Below, one piece after another: positions 1-11,697 of a DNA stretch of 40,391 nt (position 1 is its first letter; each line of letters opens with the position of its first letter). Made by a program: the position numbers and the translations under genes. The DNA is taken from positions 1 to 40,391 of the forward strand of contig CAYVWT010000002.1 in assembly GCA_964455565.1 (NCBI GenBank), written 5' to 3'. The notes under the pieces were generated by a model. That model had not been told where the DNA came from. It made no database searches and was given only the letters and a program-made list of their open reading frames with translations. Source of the DNA: an uncultured Clostridiaceae bacterium (GTDB lineage: Bacteria; Bacillota; Clostridia; Monoglobales; Firm-18).

Positions 1-1272
1 ATCTAAAATGCTTTGAGCCTGTACATCTGTAAGCCCAAAACGCTCCATCAAATCAAGCTTTGCAGTATCATAGCTCTTTCTAATAGTTTCTATAACCTCG
101 TCAATGTGATCAAGTGCAATGCGAAGTCCCTCTAAAATATGCGCTCTATCCTCTGCCTTTTTCTTGTCAAACTTAGTCCTTCTAATTATAATTTCCTTTT
201 GGAAAAGTATATAATTATCAAGCACCTCACGCAGATTAAGGGTTTTTGGCTCGCCCTTAACAAGTGCAAGCATATTAACGCTAAAGCTATCCTGCATTTG
301 TGTATATTTGTATAAATTATTAAGCACGATTGAAGAATTTGCATCACGCTTTAGCTCAATTACTATACGCATACCCTCACGGTCAGACTCATCTCGAAGG
401 TCTGAAATACCCTCAATGCGTTTTTCGTGAACAAGCTCTGCCATTTTTTCTATTAAACGTGCCTTATTAACCTGATATGGTATTTCTGTTACAACTATGC
501 GGTTTTTAATGTCGCTCATTGGCTCAATTTCAGCCCTCGCACGCATAATAACTCTGCCTCTGCCTGTGTGATATGCGCTTCTAATTCCACTTCTGCCAAG
601 AATTAGCCCTGCTGTTGGGAAATCTGGGCCTTTTATATAATTCATAAGCTCTTCTATCGTTATTTCTGGGTCCTCAATCGTTGCAACTATGCTGTTTATT
701 ACCTCTGTTAAATTATGAGGAGGAATATTTGTTGCCATACCAACAGCAATACCTGATGAACCGTTTACTAAAAGGTTTGGAAAGCGTGAAGGTAGAACAG
801 TTGGCTCTAACCACTGCTCATCATAATTTGGTATTTTGTCTATTGTATCTTTTTCAATATCAGATAGCATTTCCACCGCAAGCTTGCTCATTCTTGCCTC
901 GGTATAACGATATGCAGCCGCTCCGTCACCATCTACCGAACCGAAATTTCCGTGTCCGTCAATAAGTGGATAGCGAAGTGAAAAATCCTGTGCCATACGA
1001 ACAAGGCTGTCATATACTGCTGCGTCACCGTGTGGGTGGTACTTACCAAGCACGTCACCGACGGTTGCCGCACATTTTTTGTATGGCTTGTCTGGTGTGT
1101 AGCCTGCCTCATGCATGGTATACAAAATACGCCTGTGAACTGGCTTTAAGCCGTCACGAACGTCTGGCAAGGCACGTCCAACTATAACACTCATAGCATA
1201 ATCAATATATGATTTTTTCATTTCCTTAACAAGCTGAACAGGTATAATTTTTTGATTCTCAAAATCTATCAT
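1..1272 (-). CDS. gyrA: DNA gyrase subunit A, N-terminal 424 codons (runs off the window edge; not in the ORF track)
   Basis: Manual translation from ATG at 1272: [50 protein letters not shown]...GKYHPHGD...[19 protein letters not shown]; AGGAGG RBS upstream; follows gyrB. Confidence 0.97.
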   Translation of the reverse strand, partial: MIDFENQKIIPVQLVKEMKKSYIDYAMSVIVGRALPDVRDGLKPVHRRILYTMHEAGYTPDKPYKKCAATVGDVLGKYHPHGDAAVYDSLVRMAQDFSLRYPLIDGHGNFGSVDGDGAAAYRYTEARMSKLAVEMLSDIEKDTIDKIPNYDEQWLEPTVLPSRFPNLLVNGSSGIAVGMATNIPPHNLTEVINSIVATIEDPEITIEELMNYIKGPDFPTAGLILGRSGIRSAYHTGRGRVIMRARAEIEPMSDIKNRIVVTEIPYQVNKARLIEKMAELVHEKRIEGISDLRDESDREGMRIVIELKRDANSSIVLNNLYKYTQMQDSFSVNMLALVKGEPKTLNLREVLDNYILFQKEIIIRRTKFDKKKAEDRAHILEGLRIALDHIDEVIETIRKSYDTAKLDLMERFGLTDVQAQSILD

Positions 1273-1303
1273 ACTTATTTTTTCCTCCTAATACTGCTAT
1301 ATA

Positions 1304-3214
<1,911 letters not shown>

Positions 3215-3234
3215 TTACATTCTCCTCCTGATTT

Positions 3235-3269
3235 ATACTAATTTCAATTTAAAATATTGAAATTAGTAT
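3235..3269. repeat. Perfect 14-bp inverted repeat between remB and gyrB
   Basis: ATACTAATTTCAAT-ttaaaat-ATTGAAATTAGTAT, just upstream of the gyrB RBS. Confidence 0.8.
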
Positions 3270-3274
3270 TACTT

Positions 3275-3547
3275 CTAAAAATCTATCTCTCCTGCTGTGC
3301 TTCTTATGGCACGTTTTTGCAGGGTTGTAGCAGAAATTTGCGAAATATACACTACGCTTTTATTATCAATTTCACATACAACAGCAGATTTTGGGAGCTC
3401 GGTCGAAACATTTACAACAAAGCCCTCTTCCTCTGCGGTTCTTAGAAAATTGTTAGTGATTTTTGAAACAGTAGCAGTTTCTAAGTCTATAATTGTTATT
3501 ACATTTTTCACGTTAACAACAGTATCCTCACCAAGGTGCATATACAT
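3275..3547 (-). CDS. remB: RemB/YaaB (DUF370-like) protein
   Basis: MYMHLGED start and YISQISATTLQKR end; canonical position between recF and gyrB. Confidence 0.85.
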   Translation of the reverse strand: MYMHLGEDTVVNVKNVITIIDLETATVSKITNNFLRTAEEEGFVVNVSTELPKSAVVCEIDNKSVVYISQISATTLQKRAIRSTAGEIDF

Positions 3548-4626
3548 TACAGCCTCACACCCTCTACATTTATTTTATTTACCTCGCCGATAAGGTCGAA
3601 TTTTTCTTTCTGGGTGCAAGTGATTATAACTTGAATTCCTTTTATATTTTGAAGTATATAATTTTGCCTTGAATCATCAAGCTCGGATAAAACATCATCA
3701 AGTAATAATATTGGCATTTCGCCTGTGTCATTTTCAATTAGCGCAACCTCTGCCATTTTAATTGAAATTGCCGCAGTTCGCTGTTGCCCTTGAGAGGCAA
3801 AAAGCCGTGCTTCTTTTCCATTTATAGATATTTTAAAATCATCTCTATGTGGACCTGTAAGTGAAATTCCAAAACGTTTTTCCCTCTCTAAATTTTTGCT
3901 TATTTCTAGAGAAAAATCGGCTATTATTGATGCTTTTTCATCAAAATTTGTTATATTTACACCACAGTCATATTCTATTTCAAGGCTTTCACCGCAAATA
4001 TCAAAATGTATTTCCTTTGCCCTTTTAGATAGCCCTTTTAAATAATTATTTCTATACCAAATAACGTTTGAGCCAGTTTCAACAAGCTTTTCATTCCAAA
4101 CCCAAAGGGATTCACTATTTGGATTTTCCTTTAACAGCTTGTTTCGTTGCTCTAAAATTTTGCCATATTGCGAAAGTGAGTGAAAATATTTTTGCCTAAG
4201 CTGGCAAATTCCTAAATCTATCATTCGCCTGCGCTCTTTCGGTGCACCTTTTACAAGGCGCAAATCCTCTGGGCAAAACATTACAACATTTAAAAAGCCC
4301 ATTAGCTGGCTTGCTCTATCTATTGGAACCTTATTTATTTTAATTTGCTTTTTTTTATCAGAAAAAAGCATTATTTCGCCAATATTATCACGCTTATGTG
4401 AGTTAAATTTTGCAGTAATTTTTGCATTTTGCTTGCCAAACATAATCATTTCAGTTTCACGGGCAAGCCTGTGTGAGCGTGCAGTAGATAATAGATAAAT
4501 TGCCTCTAAAATATTTGTCTTACCCCTTGCATTATCACCATAAATCACATTTATAGATTGGCTAAATTTTGTGTATCCACTTTCATAATTACGAAAATTA
4601 TTAAGGCATATTTCGTCAACGAACAT
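3547..4626 (-). CDS. recF: DNA replication/repair protein RecF
   Basis: NFRNY, Walker A GDNARGKTN, GPHRDD, SQGQQR, LLLDDVLSELD. Confidence 0.97.
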   Translation of the reverse strand: MFVDEICLNNFRNYESGYTKFSQSINVIYGDNARGKTNILEAIYLLSTARSHRLARETEMIMFGKQNAKITAKFNSHKRDNIGEIMLFSDKKKQIKINKVPIDRASQLMGFLNVVMFCPEDLRLVKGAPKERRRMIDLGICQLRQKYFHSLSQYGKILEQRNKLLKENPNSESLWVWNEKLVETGSNVIWYRNNYLKGLSKRAKEIHFDICGESLEIEYDCGVNITNFDEKASIIADFSLEISKNLEREKRFGISLTGPHRDDFKISINGKEARLFASQGQQRTAAISIKMAEVALIENDTGEMPILLLDDVLSELDDSRQNYILQNIKGIQVIITCTQKEKFDLIGEVNKINVEGVRL

Positions 4627-4819
4627 AAATCTCCTGCTCTCCGATAATTACCAAATCACCAGAACGAATTTTTTTTCCACGCTCTTTAACCTGCTCGCCA
4701 TTTAAAAGTATAACTTCATTTTGAATAATAAGTTTTGCGTCACCGCCAGAGCCAACAATGCCTGCAAATTTAAGAAGCTGGTCAAGCTTAATATATTCAG
4801 TGTTTATATCAATTGTCAT
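4616..4819 (-). CDS. yaaA: S4-domain RNA-binding protein YaaA
   Basis: EYIKLDQLLK..G...SGGDAK...RGKKIR.GD; between dnaN and recF. Confidence 0.92.
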   Translation of the reverse strand: MTIDINTEYIKLDQLLKFAGIVGSGGDAKLIIQNEVILLNGEQVKERGKKIRSGDLVIIGEQEIYVR

Positions 4820-5936
4820 TTTTCAGCCTCACAGGAAGCACTATAAACTTAAAGCTATCACCCTCGACAGGAGTAATTAGGCATGGGTTTATCGAGCCTA
4901 CAAAGTTAAGATATATTTCATCGCCAGTTGCCCCGCGAAGTGCCTCTAACATATATCTATTATTAAAACCAATTTCAATATCGTCCCCTGTCATTTCAAT
5001 TGGTATAAATTCCTCAACCTTACCAGCACTTGTTTCACAGTTTATAAAAATCTCACCATTTGAAATTTTCATAACAACTGGGCTTTTTGCAACATCACTT
5101 GTAATAATAAGAGAAGCACGCTCCACGGCGTCAACTAATGACCTAACACTTGCCTTAACTGTTGTTTTAAATTCTTGAGGAATTATTTTTTTATAGTCAA
5201 TATAATCGCCCTCTAAAAGCCTTGATGTAAACACAACATTTTCAAATTCAAAGCGCACATTTTTTTGTGAGCATAAAATTTTAATGTCGCCATCACTATC
5301 TTCTATAATTTTTGTAAGCTCATTTAATGTTTTTGATGGAATTACAAGTGAAACATCACCTAAATAGCCACTTACTGTTTCATTTTCTGTTGTAATTTTT
5401 TTGAGCGCAAGCCTAAAACCATCAACGGCAACCATATTTATATGTGTACCATAAGCCTCTAACAAACAGCCAGTTAAAATTAATTTAGATTCACTTGTGC
5501 CAACAGCAAAAATTGTATGACGAACAATATCTTTAAGCTGTTTTTGCGAAAGAGTAATGTTAAAATCGGCATCAAATTTAGGAATCTCAGGAAATTCTTC
5601 TGCACTAATTCCGTTTATGTTAAATTTTGAATTGCCACATTTAATTTTAGTTACATTATTTGAATTAACTTCAATAACAACCTGTTCGCCAGAAAGCTTG
5701 CGAATTATTTCACCAAATAATTTTGAATTAACAACAATACTTCCTTCTTCCTCAACATTTGCCTCAATAACGCTTTCAATACCAATTTCAAGGTCATTTC
5801 CAGTTAGTATAATTTTATTATCCTTAGCCTTAATCATAATACCTTCAAGTACTGATAAAGTAGAACGTGCTGCAACTGCTTTTTGAACTATACCAACTGC
5901 ATCGGAAATTGCTAATTTGTCACATGTGAATTTCAT
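4809..5936 (-). CDS. dnaN: DNA polymerase III beta sliding clamp
   Basis: 375 aa; NDLEIGI, AVDGFRLA, SRLLEGDYIDY, GFNNRY, VLPVR; downstream of dnaA. Confidence 0.97.
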   Translation of the reverse strand: MKFTCDKLAISDAVGIVQKAVAARSTLSVLEGIMIKAKDNKIILTGNDLEIGIESVIEANVEEEGSIVVNSKLFGEIIRKLSGEQVVIEVNSNNVTKIKCGNSKFNINGISAEEFPEIPKFDADFNITLSQKQLKDIVRHTIFAVGTSESKLILTGCLLEAYGTHINMVAVDGFRLALKKITTENETVSGYLGDVSLVIPSKTLNELTKIIEDSDGDIKILCSQKNVRFEFENVVFTSRLLEGDYIDYKKIIPQEFKTTVKASVRSLVDAVERASLIITSDVAKSPVVMKISNGEIFINCETSAGKVEEFIPIEMTGDDIEIGFNNRYMLEALRGATGDEIYLNFVGSINPCLITPVEGDSFKFIVLPVRLKNDN

Positions 5937-6407
5937 TTTAAAAAATCCCCTTTCGTTTGTTAGAATAGAATAGTATAAAATTTAGTAGTAGTAAGTAGTA
6001 GGTGTTGTTAGTCCTGTGGAAAACCATTAAATGCCTTGATATATTTGGTTTAATTGCCATTAAAAACTATGTTAGTAATATTTTTGGTTATAAACAATTT
6101 ATACAGCCAAATAAAATCTATTAAACTTATCAACATTTGTAAACAGACACTTAATTGTTTATAAACACTTAAACTGTGGATAACATTTTATTTTGCAATT
6201 TTTCAATGTTAATTCTAAATTAAATGTTGATAAGTTTGTGTAAAATTTATTAAAACAAGGTTAAATCCATATATTAAACAACTGAAATTTTGTTAACAAG
6301 CCTGTGGATAATGTGAATAAAATGTGGATAACCAAATTTTGGTTGTTAAAAAACAACAAATTATGACAAGATTATCTATATTTTTAACAACATTTTAAAC
6401 AAATTGT
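5937..6407. other. oriC: Chromosomal replication origin oriC (dnaA-dnaN intergenic)
   Basis: AT-rich 471-bp spacer with perfect DnaA boxes TGTGGATAA at 6175-6183, 6303-6311, 6323-6331 and 1-mismatch boxes at 6015-6023, 6127-6135, 6225-6233, 6312-6320, plus DnaA-trios. Confidence 0.92.
5983..6023 (-). promoter_or_regulatory. Origin unwinding module: DnaA box, degenerate box and DnaA-trio repeats
   Basis: Minus strand TTTTCCACA-GGAC-TAACAACA-CC-TACTACTTACTACTACTA followed by an AT-rich tract towards dnaN, matching the B. subtilis box/trio layout. Confidence 0.8.
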
Positions 6408-7736
6408 TTAACTTTCATCACTTTTTATATTTTTTATCAAATCATTAATGCTGTGCATAGTTGTTAAGTCCTTTTCCATTTCGTCTTTAATCTTTTTTAT
6501 GCCATACATAACTGTTGAATGGTCACGCCCACCAAATTCCTTGCCTATATCAGGCAGAGAAAGCTGTGTTAACTCTCTGCAAATATACATTGCAACCTGA
6601 CGAGGATAAGCACATTCTTTATCACGCTTTTTGCTCTTTATAACATCGTCAGTAAGGTTAAAGTGACGTTCTACTTCTTTAATTATGTAATCTGCATCAA
6701 TTCTGCGCTTGTGTGATGATGAAAAATAATCCTTTAAAATTCTTGTTGCTGTTTCAATGTCAATATTTTTTTTAGATATATCACTAAAAGCAATAATTGT
6801 TCTTATTGCTCCTTCAAGCTCACGAATGTTGGATTTAACCTGCTTAGCAACAAGGTTAAAAATTTCATCTGAAAGCTCAATGGGAAATTCTGATGTCTGA
6901 GCCTTTGAATGAAGAATAGCAAGGCGAGTTTCAAAATCTGGCGGTTGAAGATCGGTCATTAAGCCACCAGAAAGACGTGTTCTAAGGCGTTCTTCAAGTG
7001 GATATATATCCTTTGGGGGACGGTCACTTGTAAGCATAATTTGTTTATTTGAATTAATTAATTCATTAAATGTATGAAAAAATTCCTCCTGTGTTCCTTC
7101 TTTTCCTGCAAAAAATTGAATATCATCAATTAAAAGAACATCAATTGTGCGAAATTTATTGCGAAAATCCCTATTAGTTTCATTACGAATAGAATCTACA
7201 AAGCTATTCATAAATTTTTCAGCAGTAACATAAAGAACAGTTTTTGTTGAATCTTTATCTAAAATAGCATTACCAACAGCGTGAAGTAGATGTGTCTTTC
7301 CAAGCCCACTCCCACCATATAGAAGTAGAGGGTTGTAAGAATCTCTAACAGGTCCCTGAGCTACTGCGTAAGCTGCGGCACAGGCAAATTCATTATTACT
7401 GCCCACAATAAAATTGTCAAAGGTAAATTTAGAATTTAAAACACTTTCAGTTCTTGTGTTTTTAGGTGTGATTTGTGGCTCGCCAGCCCTTTCGGACGCA
7501 ACAACAACCTCGGCATTTGTCACATCAGTAGAAACCTGCATAAGGGCATCTTTTATTTTATCTAAGTATATATCTAACATACTTCTATAAATCTCGTGGT
7601 TAACTTCAAGCACAAGAGTATTATCTTTTATATAGGCTGGTGTTACCTTAACGAATGCAGTGTTAAAGCCAGTTTGCGAAACACTTTTTCGTATAAATGG
7701 CAAGGCAGCTTCCCATATCTCAGAAGCAATTTTCAT
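6408..7736 (-). CDS. dnaA: Chromosomal replication initiator DnaA
   Basis: FTFDNF, YNPL..YGGSGLGKTHL, LLIDDIQF, QEEFFHTFN, NIRELEGA, GGRDHSTV. Confidence 0.98.
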   Translation of the reverse strand: MKIASEIWEAALPFIRKSVSQTGFNTAFVKVTPAYIKDNTLVLEVNHEIYRSMLDIYLDKIKDALMQVSTDVTNAEVVVASERAGEPQITPKNTRTESVLNSKFTFDNFIVGSNNEFACAAAYAVAQGPVRDSYNPLLLYGGSGLGKTHLLHAVGNAILDKDSTKTVLYVTAEKFMNSFVDSIRNETNRDFRNKFRTIDVLLIDDIQFFAGKEGTQEEFFHTFNELINSNKQIMLTSDRPPKDIYPLEERLRTRLSGGLMTDLQPPDFETRLAILHSKAQTSEFPIELSDEIFNLVAKQVKSNIRELEGAIRTIIAFSDISKKNIDIETATRILKDYFSSSHKRRIDADYIIKEVERHFNLTDDVIKSKKRDKECAYPRQVAMYICRELTQLSLPDIGKEFGGRDHSTVMYGIKKIKDEMEKDLTTMHSINDLIKNIKSDES

Positions 7737-7766
7737 TGTCAGTTCCTCCTACGAATATTAAACTTA

Positions 7767-7795
7767 ATTATATCAAAAAAAATAGGATTTTACAA
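7767..7795 (-). promoter_or_regulatory. SigA-type promoter of dnaA
   Basis: Minus strand TTGTAA-17 nt-TATAAT with extended TGn; AGGAGG RBS downstream. Confidence 0.7.
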
Positions 7796-7847
7796 TAGTT
7801 TTTAGGCTTTATTTTCCTTTATATAATAATATTTTCTTTAATTATAA

Positions 7848-8288
7848 TTATTTATATTTTTCGATAGCCATAACGGCTAATTTGTCACAGCGCTCATTCT
7901 CACTATGTCCATTATGCCCTTTAACCCACACAAAATTAACAACGTGTTTTTCAAGCAAAATGAGTAGCCTTTCCCAAAGGTCACAATTAAGCGCTTTATC
8001 CTTTGAAGTTCTCATCCAATTATTGTTTTTCCAGCGCACCACCCAGCCCTTTTGAATTGAGTCTATAAGGTATTTTGAGTCACTATAAATAATAACGTTG
8101 CAACGCTCTTTAAGTGTTTCTAAGCCAACAATTGCGGCCGTAAGCTCCATTCTATTATTAGTAGTCTCTTTTTCCCCACCAGATAATTCTTTTTCTATAT
8201 CTCCAAAGCGAAGTATAGTGCCATAACCACCAGGGCCAGGGTTTCCACTACATGCGCCATCTGTATAAATTTGAACTGTTTTTAGCAT
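7848..8288 (-). CDS. rnhA: Ribonuclease HI
   Basis: [40 protein letters not shown]. Confidence 0.97.
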   Translation of the reverse strand: MLKTVQIYTDGACSGNPGPGGYGTILRFGDIEKELSGGEKETTNNRMELTAAIVGLETLKERCNVIIYSDSKYLIDSIQKGWVVRWKNNNWMRTSKDKALNCDLWERLLILLEKHVVNFVWVKGHNGHSENERCDKLAVMAIEKYK

Positions 8289-8305
8289 AATTTCACCTCT
8301 TAGTT

Positions 8306-8356
8306 ATTATAGCATAGTGAAATACCCTTTACAATATCAATAATTTATTATAAAAT
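8306..8356. promoter_or_regulatory. Back-to-back SigA promoters for rnhA and the second topoisomerase gene
   Basis: Plus: TTTACA(8328-8333)-17-TAAAAT(8351-8356); minus: TTGTAA(8334-8329)-17-TATAAT(8311-8306) with TGn; the two -35 hexamers overlap. Confidence 0.6.
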
Positions 8357-8374
8357 GTTAAGTGGTGGTGATAA

Positions 8375-10372
8375 TTGTTGAAAAAAGAAATTTATGATGA
8401 TAGTTCTATTTCCTCATTAAAAGGTGCGGATAGAGTTCGTGCAAGGCCTGGGGTAATTTTCGGCTCGGATGGGCTTGAGGGTTGCTGTCATTCAGTATTT
8501 GAGATACTTTCTAATTCAATAGATGAGGCTCGTGAGGGGTATGGTAAGCTTATTGAGGTTACCTATTTTCGTGATGGCTCAATACAAATTGATGATTATG
8601 GTCGTGGTGTTCCACTTGGTTATAATGAAAAAGAGGAACGCTATAATTGGGAACTTATTTTCTGCGAAATGTACGCAGGGGGCAAGTATAACAATAATTC
8701 TGGCAACAATTATGAGTTTTCGCTTGGGCTTAATGGTCTTGGTGCCTGTGCAACGCAGTATACCTCTGAATATATGGATGTTGAGGTTAGGCGTGATGGA
8801 AATATTTTCAAGCTATACTTTGAAAAAGGTGAAAATATAGGTGGGCTACAAACAGAGCCAACTCGTTTTAAGGCTACTGGCACTAAAATAAAATGGAGGC
8901 CAGATTTAGACGTTTTTACCGACATAGATATTCCCTTGGAATATTTTTTAAGCGTACTTAAAAAGCAGGCTGTTGTTAATGCAGGGCTTACCTTTAAGCT
9001 GTTTGTGGAAAAAGAGGATAAGTCCTTTGAAGAACAGGATTTCGTTTATGAAAATGGTATTATTGATTATGTAAAAGAGGTTGGCGGTCAAAAATCTATT
9101 ACAGATGTGCAATATTTCGAGGCAGAAAGAACAGGTCGTGACCGTGAGGACAAGCCAGATTATAAGGTTAAATTATCCGTTGCTTTTTGCTTTAATAATG
9201 AAGCAAATATGACGGAATATTACCATAATTCAAGCTTTTTAGAGCATGGTGGCTCGCCTGATAAGGCTGTTAAAAGTGCTTTTGTTTCGGTTGTTGACCA
9301 ATATATAAAGGCAAATGGTAAATATAATAAAAATGAAAATAAGGTTTTATTTACAGATATTTCTGACTGCTTATGCCTTGTTAGTAATTCATTTTCTACT
9401 GTAACAAGCTATGAAAATCAGACTAAAAAATCCATCACAAATAAGTTTATTCAAGAGGCAATGACGGATTTTCTGCGCCAGCAATTAGAGATTTATTTTA
9501 TTGAAAACAAGGTTGAGGCAGATAAAATTGCCGAGCAAGTTTTGATAAACAAAAGAAGCCGAGAAAGTGCAGAAAAAGCCAGAATAAATGTTAAAAAAAT
9601 GCTAAGTGGCAACACCGATATGATGTCACGAGTGCAAAAATTCGTAGATTGCAGAACGAAGGATTTAAAAAGGCGTGAGATATATATAGTTGAGGGTGAT
9701 TCAGCGCTTGGCTCGTGTAAATTAGGCAGGGACGCAGAATTTCAAGCTATTATCCCTGTTAGAGGTAAAATTTTGAACTGCTTAAAGGCAGATTATGATA
9801 AGATATTTAAAAATGAAATAATCCTTGATTTAGTAAGGGTTTTGGGCTGTGGGGTTGAGGCAAAGTCCAAGCATAATAAGGATTTTAACACCTTTGAACT
9901 TGAAAATTTGCGTTGGAGTAAAATTATAATATGTACCGATGCCGATGTTGACGGATACCAAATAAGAACCCTTATTTTAACTATGTTTTATCGCTTAATG
10001 CCAAGTCTTATCGAGGCTGGCTTTGTGTATATTGCAGAGTCCCCACTTTTTGAAATTACAACAAAGGAAAAGAATAAGGACAAGGTTCAATTTGCTTTTA
10101 CTGAGGCAGAAAAAGCAAAAATTATAACAAAGCTTGATGATAAAAAATATACCATTCAAAGAAGTAAAGGACTTGGTGAAAACCAACCTGAAATGATGTG
10201 GGAAACAACAATGAACCCAGAAACAAGGCGGCTAATTAGGGTAATGCCAGAGGAAGACAGCGCATTAGCGCAGGCTAAATTTGAGCTATTGCTTGGCGAT
10301 AATTTAGCAGGCAGAAAAGAACATATAGCTAAAAATGGAGCGAAATATATTGATTTAACGGATGTAAGTTAA
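8375..10372 (+). CDS. Second type IIA topoisomerase B subunit (GyrB/ParE-like)
   Basis: GHKL ATPase (EILSNSIDE, DYGRGVP, YAGGKY, GLNGLG) and TOPRIM (EGDSA, PVRGK, DADVDG, SKGLGE); clearly divergent from the gyrB at 1304-3214. Confidence 0.92.
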   Translation: MLKKEIYDDSSISSLKGADRVRARPGVIFGSDGLEGCCHSVFEILSNSIDEAREGYGKLIEVTYFRDGSIQIDDYGRGVPLGYNEKEERYNWELIFCEMYAGGKYNNNSGNNYEFSLGLNGLGACATQYTSEYMDVEVRRDGNIFKLYFEKGENIGGLQTEPTRFKATGTKIKWRPDLDVFTDIDIPLEYFLSVLKKQAVVNAGLTFKLFVEKEDKSFEEQDFVYENGIIDYVKEVGGQKSITDVQYFEAERTGRDREDKPDYKVKLSVAFCFNNEANMTEYYHNSSFLEHGGSPDKAVKSAFVSVVDQYIKANGKYNKNENKVLFTDISDCLCLVSNSFSTVTSYENQTKKSITNKFIQEAMTDFLRQQLEIYFIENKVEADKIAEQVLINKRSRESAEKARINVKKMLSGNTDMMSRVQKFVDCRTKDLKRREIYIVEGDSALGSCKLGRDAEFQAIIPVRGKILNCLKADYDKIFKNEIILDLVRVLGCGVEAKSKHNKDFNTFELENLRWSKIIICTDADVDGYQIRTLILTMFYRLMPSLIEAGFVYIAESPLFEITTKEKNKDKVQFAFTEAEKAKIITKLDDKKYTIQRSKGLGENQPEMMWETTMNPETRRLIRVMPEEDSALAQAKFELLLGDNLAGRKEHIAKNGAKYIDLTDVS

Positions 10373-10377
10373 TCAAA

Positions 10378-10405
10378 AGGGCTAACACAAATTTGTGTTA
10401 GCCCT
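10378..10405. terminator. Bidirectional terminator-like palindrome between the convergent topoisomerase and serS genes
   Basis: Perfect 28-bp palindrome AGGGCTAACACAAA/TTTGTGTTAGCCCT. Confidence 0.8.
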
Positions 10406-10410
10406 AAATT

Positions 10411-11679
10411 TTATTTAATCACATCTTGTCCTATATATGGCACTAAAACATCTGGAATTGTAACGCTACCATCAGCATTTTGAAAATTTTCAAGTATGCA
10501 GGCAACTGTGCGCCCAACTGCAACACCACTACCGTTTAGCGTATGCACAAATTCTGCCTTATCGCCCTGTTCACGCTTGAATTTTATGCTCGCCCTTCGT
10601 GCTTGGAAGTCCTCAAAATTACTGCAAGAGCTTATTTCAACATATCTGTCATAGCTTGGCATCCAAACCTCTATATCGTACGTCATTGCAGAGCTAAACC
10701 CTAAATCACCCGAGCATAAAAGCACAACTCTGTATGGAATTCCAAGTGCTTGCAATACGCTTTCGGCGTCACCAGTCAAATTTTCAAGCTCATCATAAGA
10801 CTTTTCAGGGTCTGCAAACTTAACAAGCTCTACCTTGTTAAACTGGTGCTGACGAATAAGTCCACGAGTATCACGCCCTGCCGAGCCAGCCTCTGCCCTA
10901 AAACATGCTGAGTATGCGCAATATTTAATAGGCAATTCACTGCCCTGCAAAATTTCGTCACGGTGCATATTAGTAACTGGAACCTCTGCTGTTGGAATTA
11001 GAAAATAATCAGAATTTGCAATTTTAAAAGCATCTTCTTCAAATTTTGGAAGCTGTCCAGTCCCAATCATAGAATTTCTATGTACCATAAATGGTGGGAA
11101 AATCTCTGTATAGCCAGCCTTCATTGTATGAGAATTAAGGTAAAAATTGATAATCGCACGCTCAAGCGCAGCACCTATGCCCTTGTAAAAGGTAAAACGA
11201 GATCCTGTAACCTTTGCTGCCCTTGCGGTGTCGAGTATGCCTAAATCCTCCCCAATATCCCAATGAGCCTTTGGCTCAAAATCAAACTTTGTTGGGTCGC
11301 CCCAGCTTCTAATTACTTGGTTATCCTCTTCTGATAGCCCAACTGGAACCCTTTCATTTGGCATATTTGGTATCGTCATAACTATATTTTGTAGCTTTTC
11401 ATCAAGCACTTTAACGCTCTCGTCAAGCTCTTTTATTTGGTTTGATAATTCTTTCATTTCTTCGAAAATACCACTAACATCTTTTCCCTCTTTTTTAAGC
11501 TGTGGTATTTGCTTTGACACAATATTTTGCTTATTTTTAAGCTGTTCAACCTCAACTAATGTTTCGCGTCTTTCTTTATCAAGGTCTAAAAACTCTGTTA
11601 AATCAAGCTTTGCGCCTCGCTTTTCCATTGCCTCGATTACTTTTTCTGGGCTTGTTCTTAATAATTTAATGTCTAACAT
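10411..11679 (-). CDS. serS: Serine--tRNA ligase
   Basis: [51 protein letters not shown]. Confidence 0.98.
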   Translation of the reverse strand: MLDIKLLRTSPEKVIEAMEKRGAKLDLTEFLDLDKERRETLVEVEQLKNKQNIVSKQIPQLKKEGKDVSGIFEEMKELSNQIKELDESVKVLDEKLQNIVMTIPNMPNERVPVGLSEEDNQVIRSWGDPTKFDFEPKAHWDIGEDLGILDTARAAKVTGSRFTFYKGIGAALERAIINFYLNSHTMKAGYTEIFPPFMVHRNSMIGTGQLPKFEEDAFKIANSDYFLIPTAEVPVTNMHRDEILQGSELPIKYCAYSACFRAEAGSAGRDTRGLIRQHQFNKVELVKFADPEKSYDELENLTGDAESVLQALGIPYRVVLLCSGDLGFSSAMTYDIEVWMPSYDRYVEISSCSNFEDFQARRASIKFKREQGDKAEFVHTLNGSGVAVGRTVACILENFQNADGSVTIPDVLVPYIGQDVIK

Positions 11680-11697
11680 TATGCACTCACTCCTATA

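Noticed and set aside
681-1187. Two plus-strand ORFs at the window start
   Set aside because: Antisense to gyrA, which the track missed because its stop is outside the window
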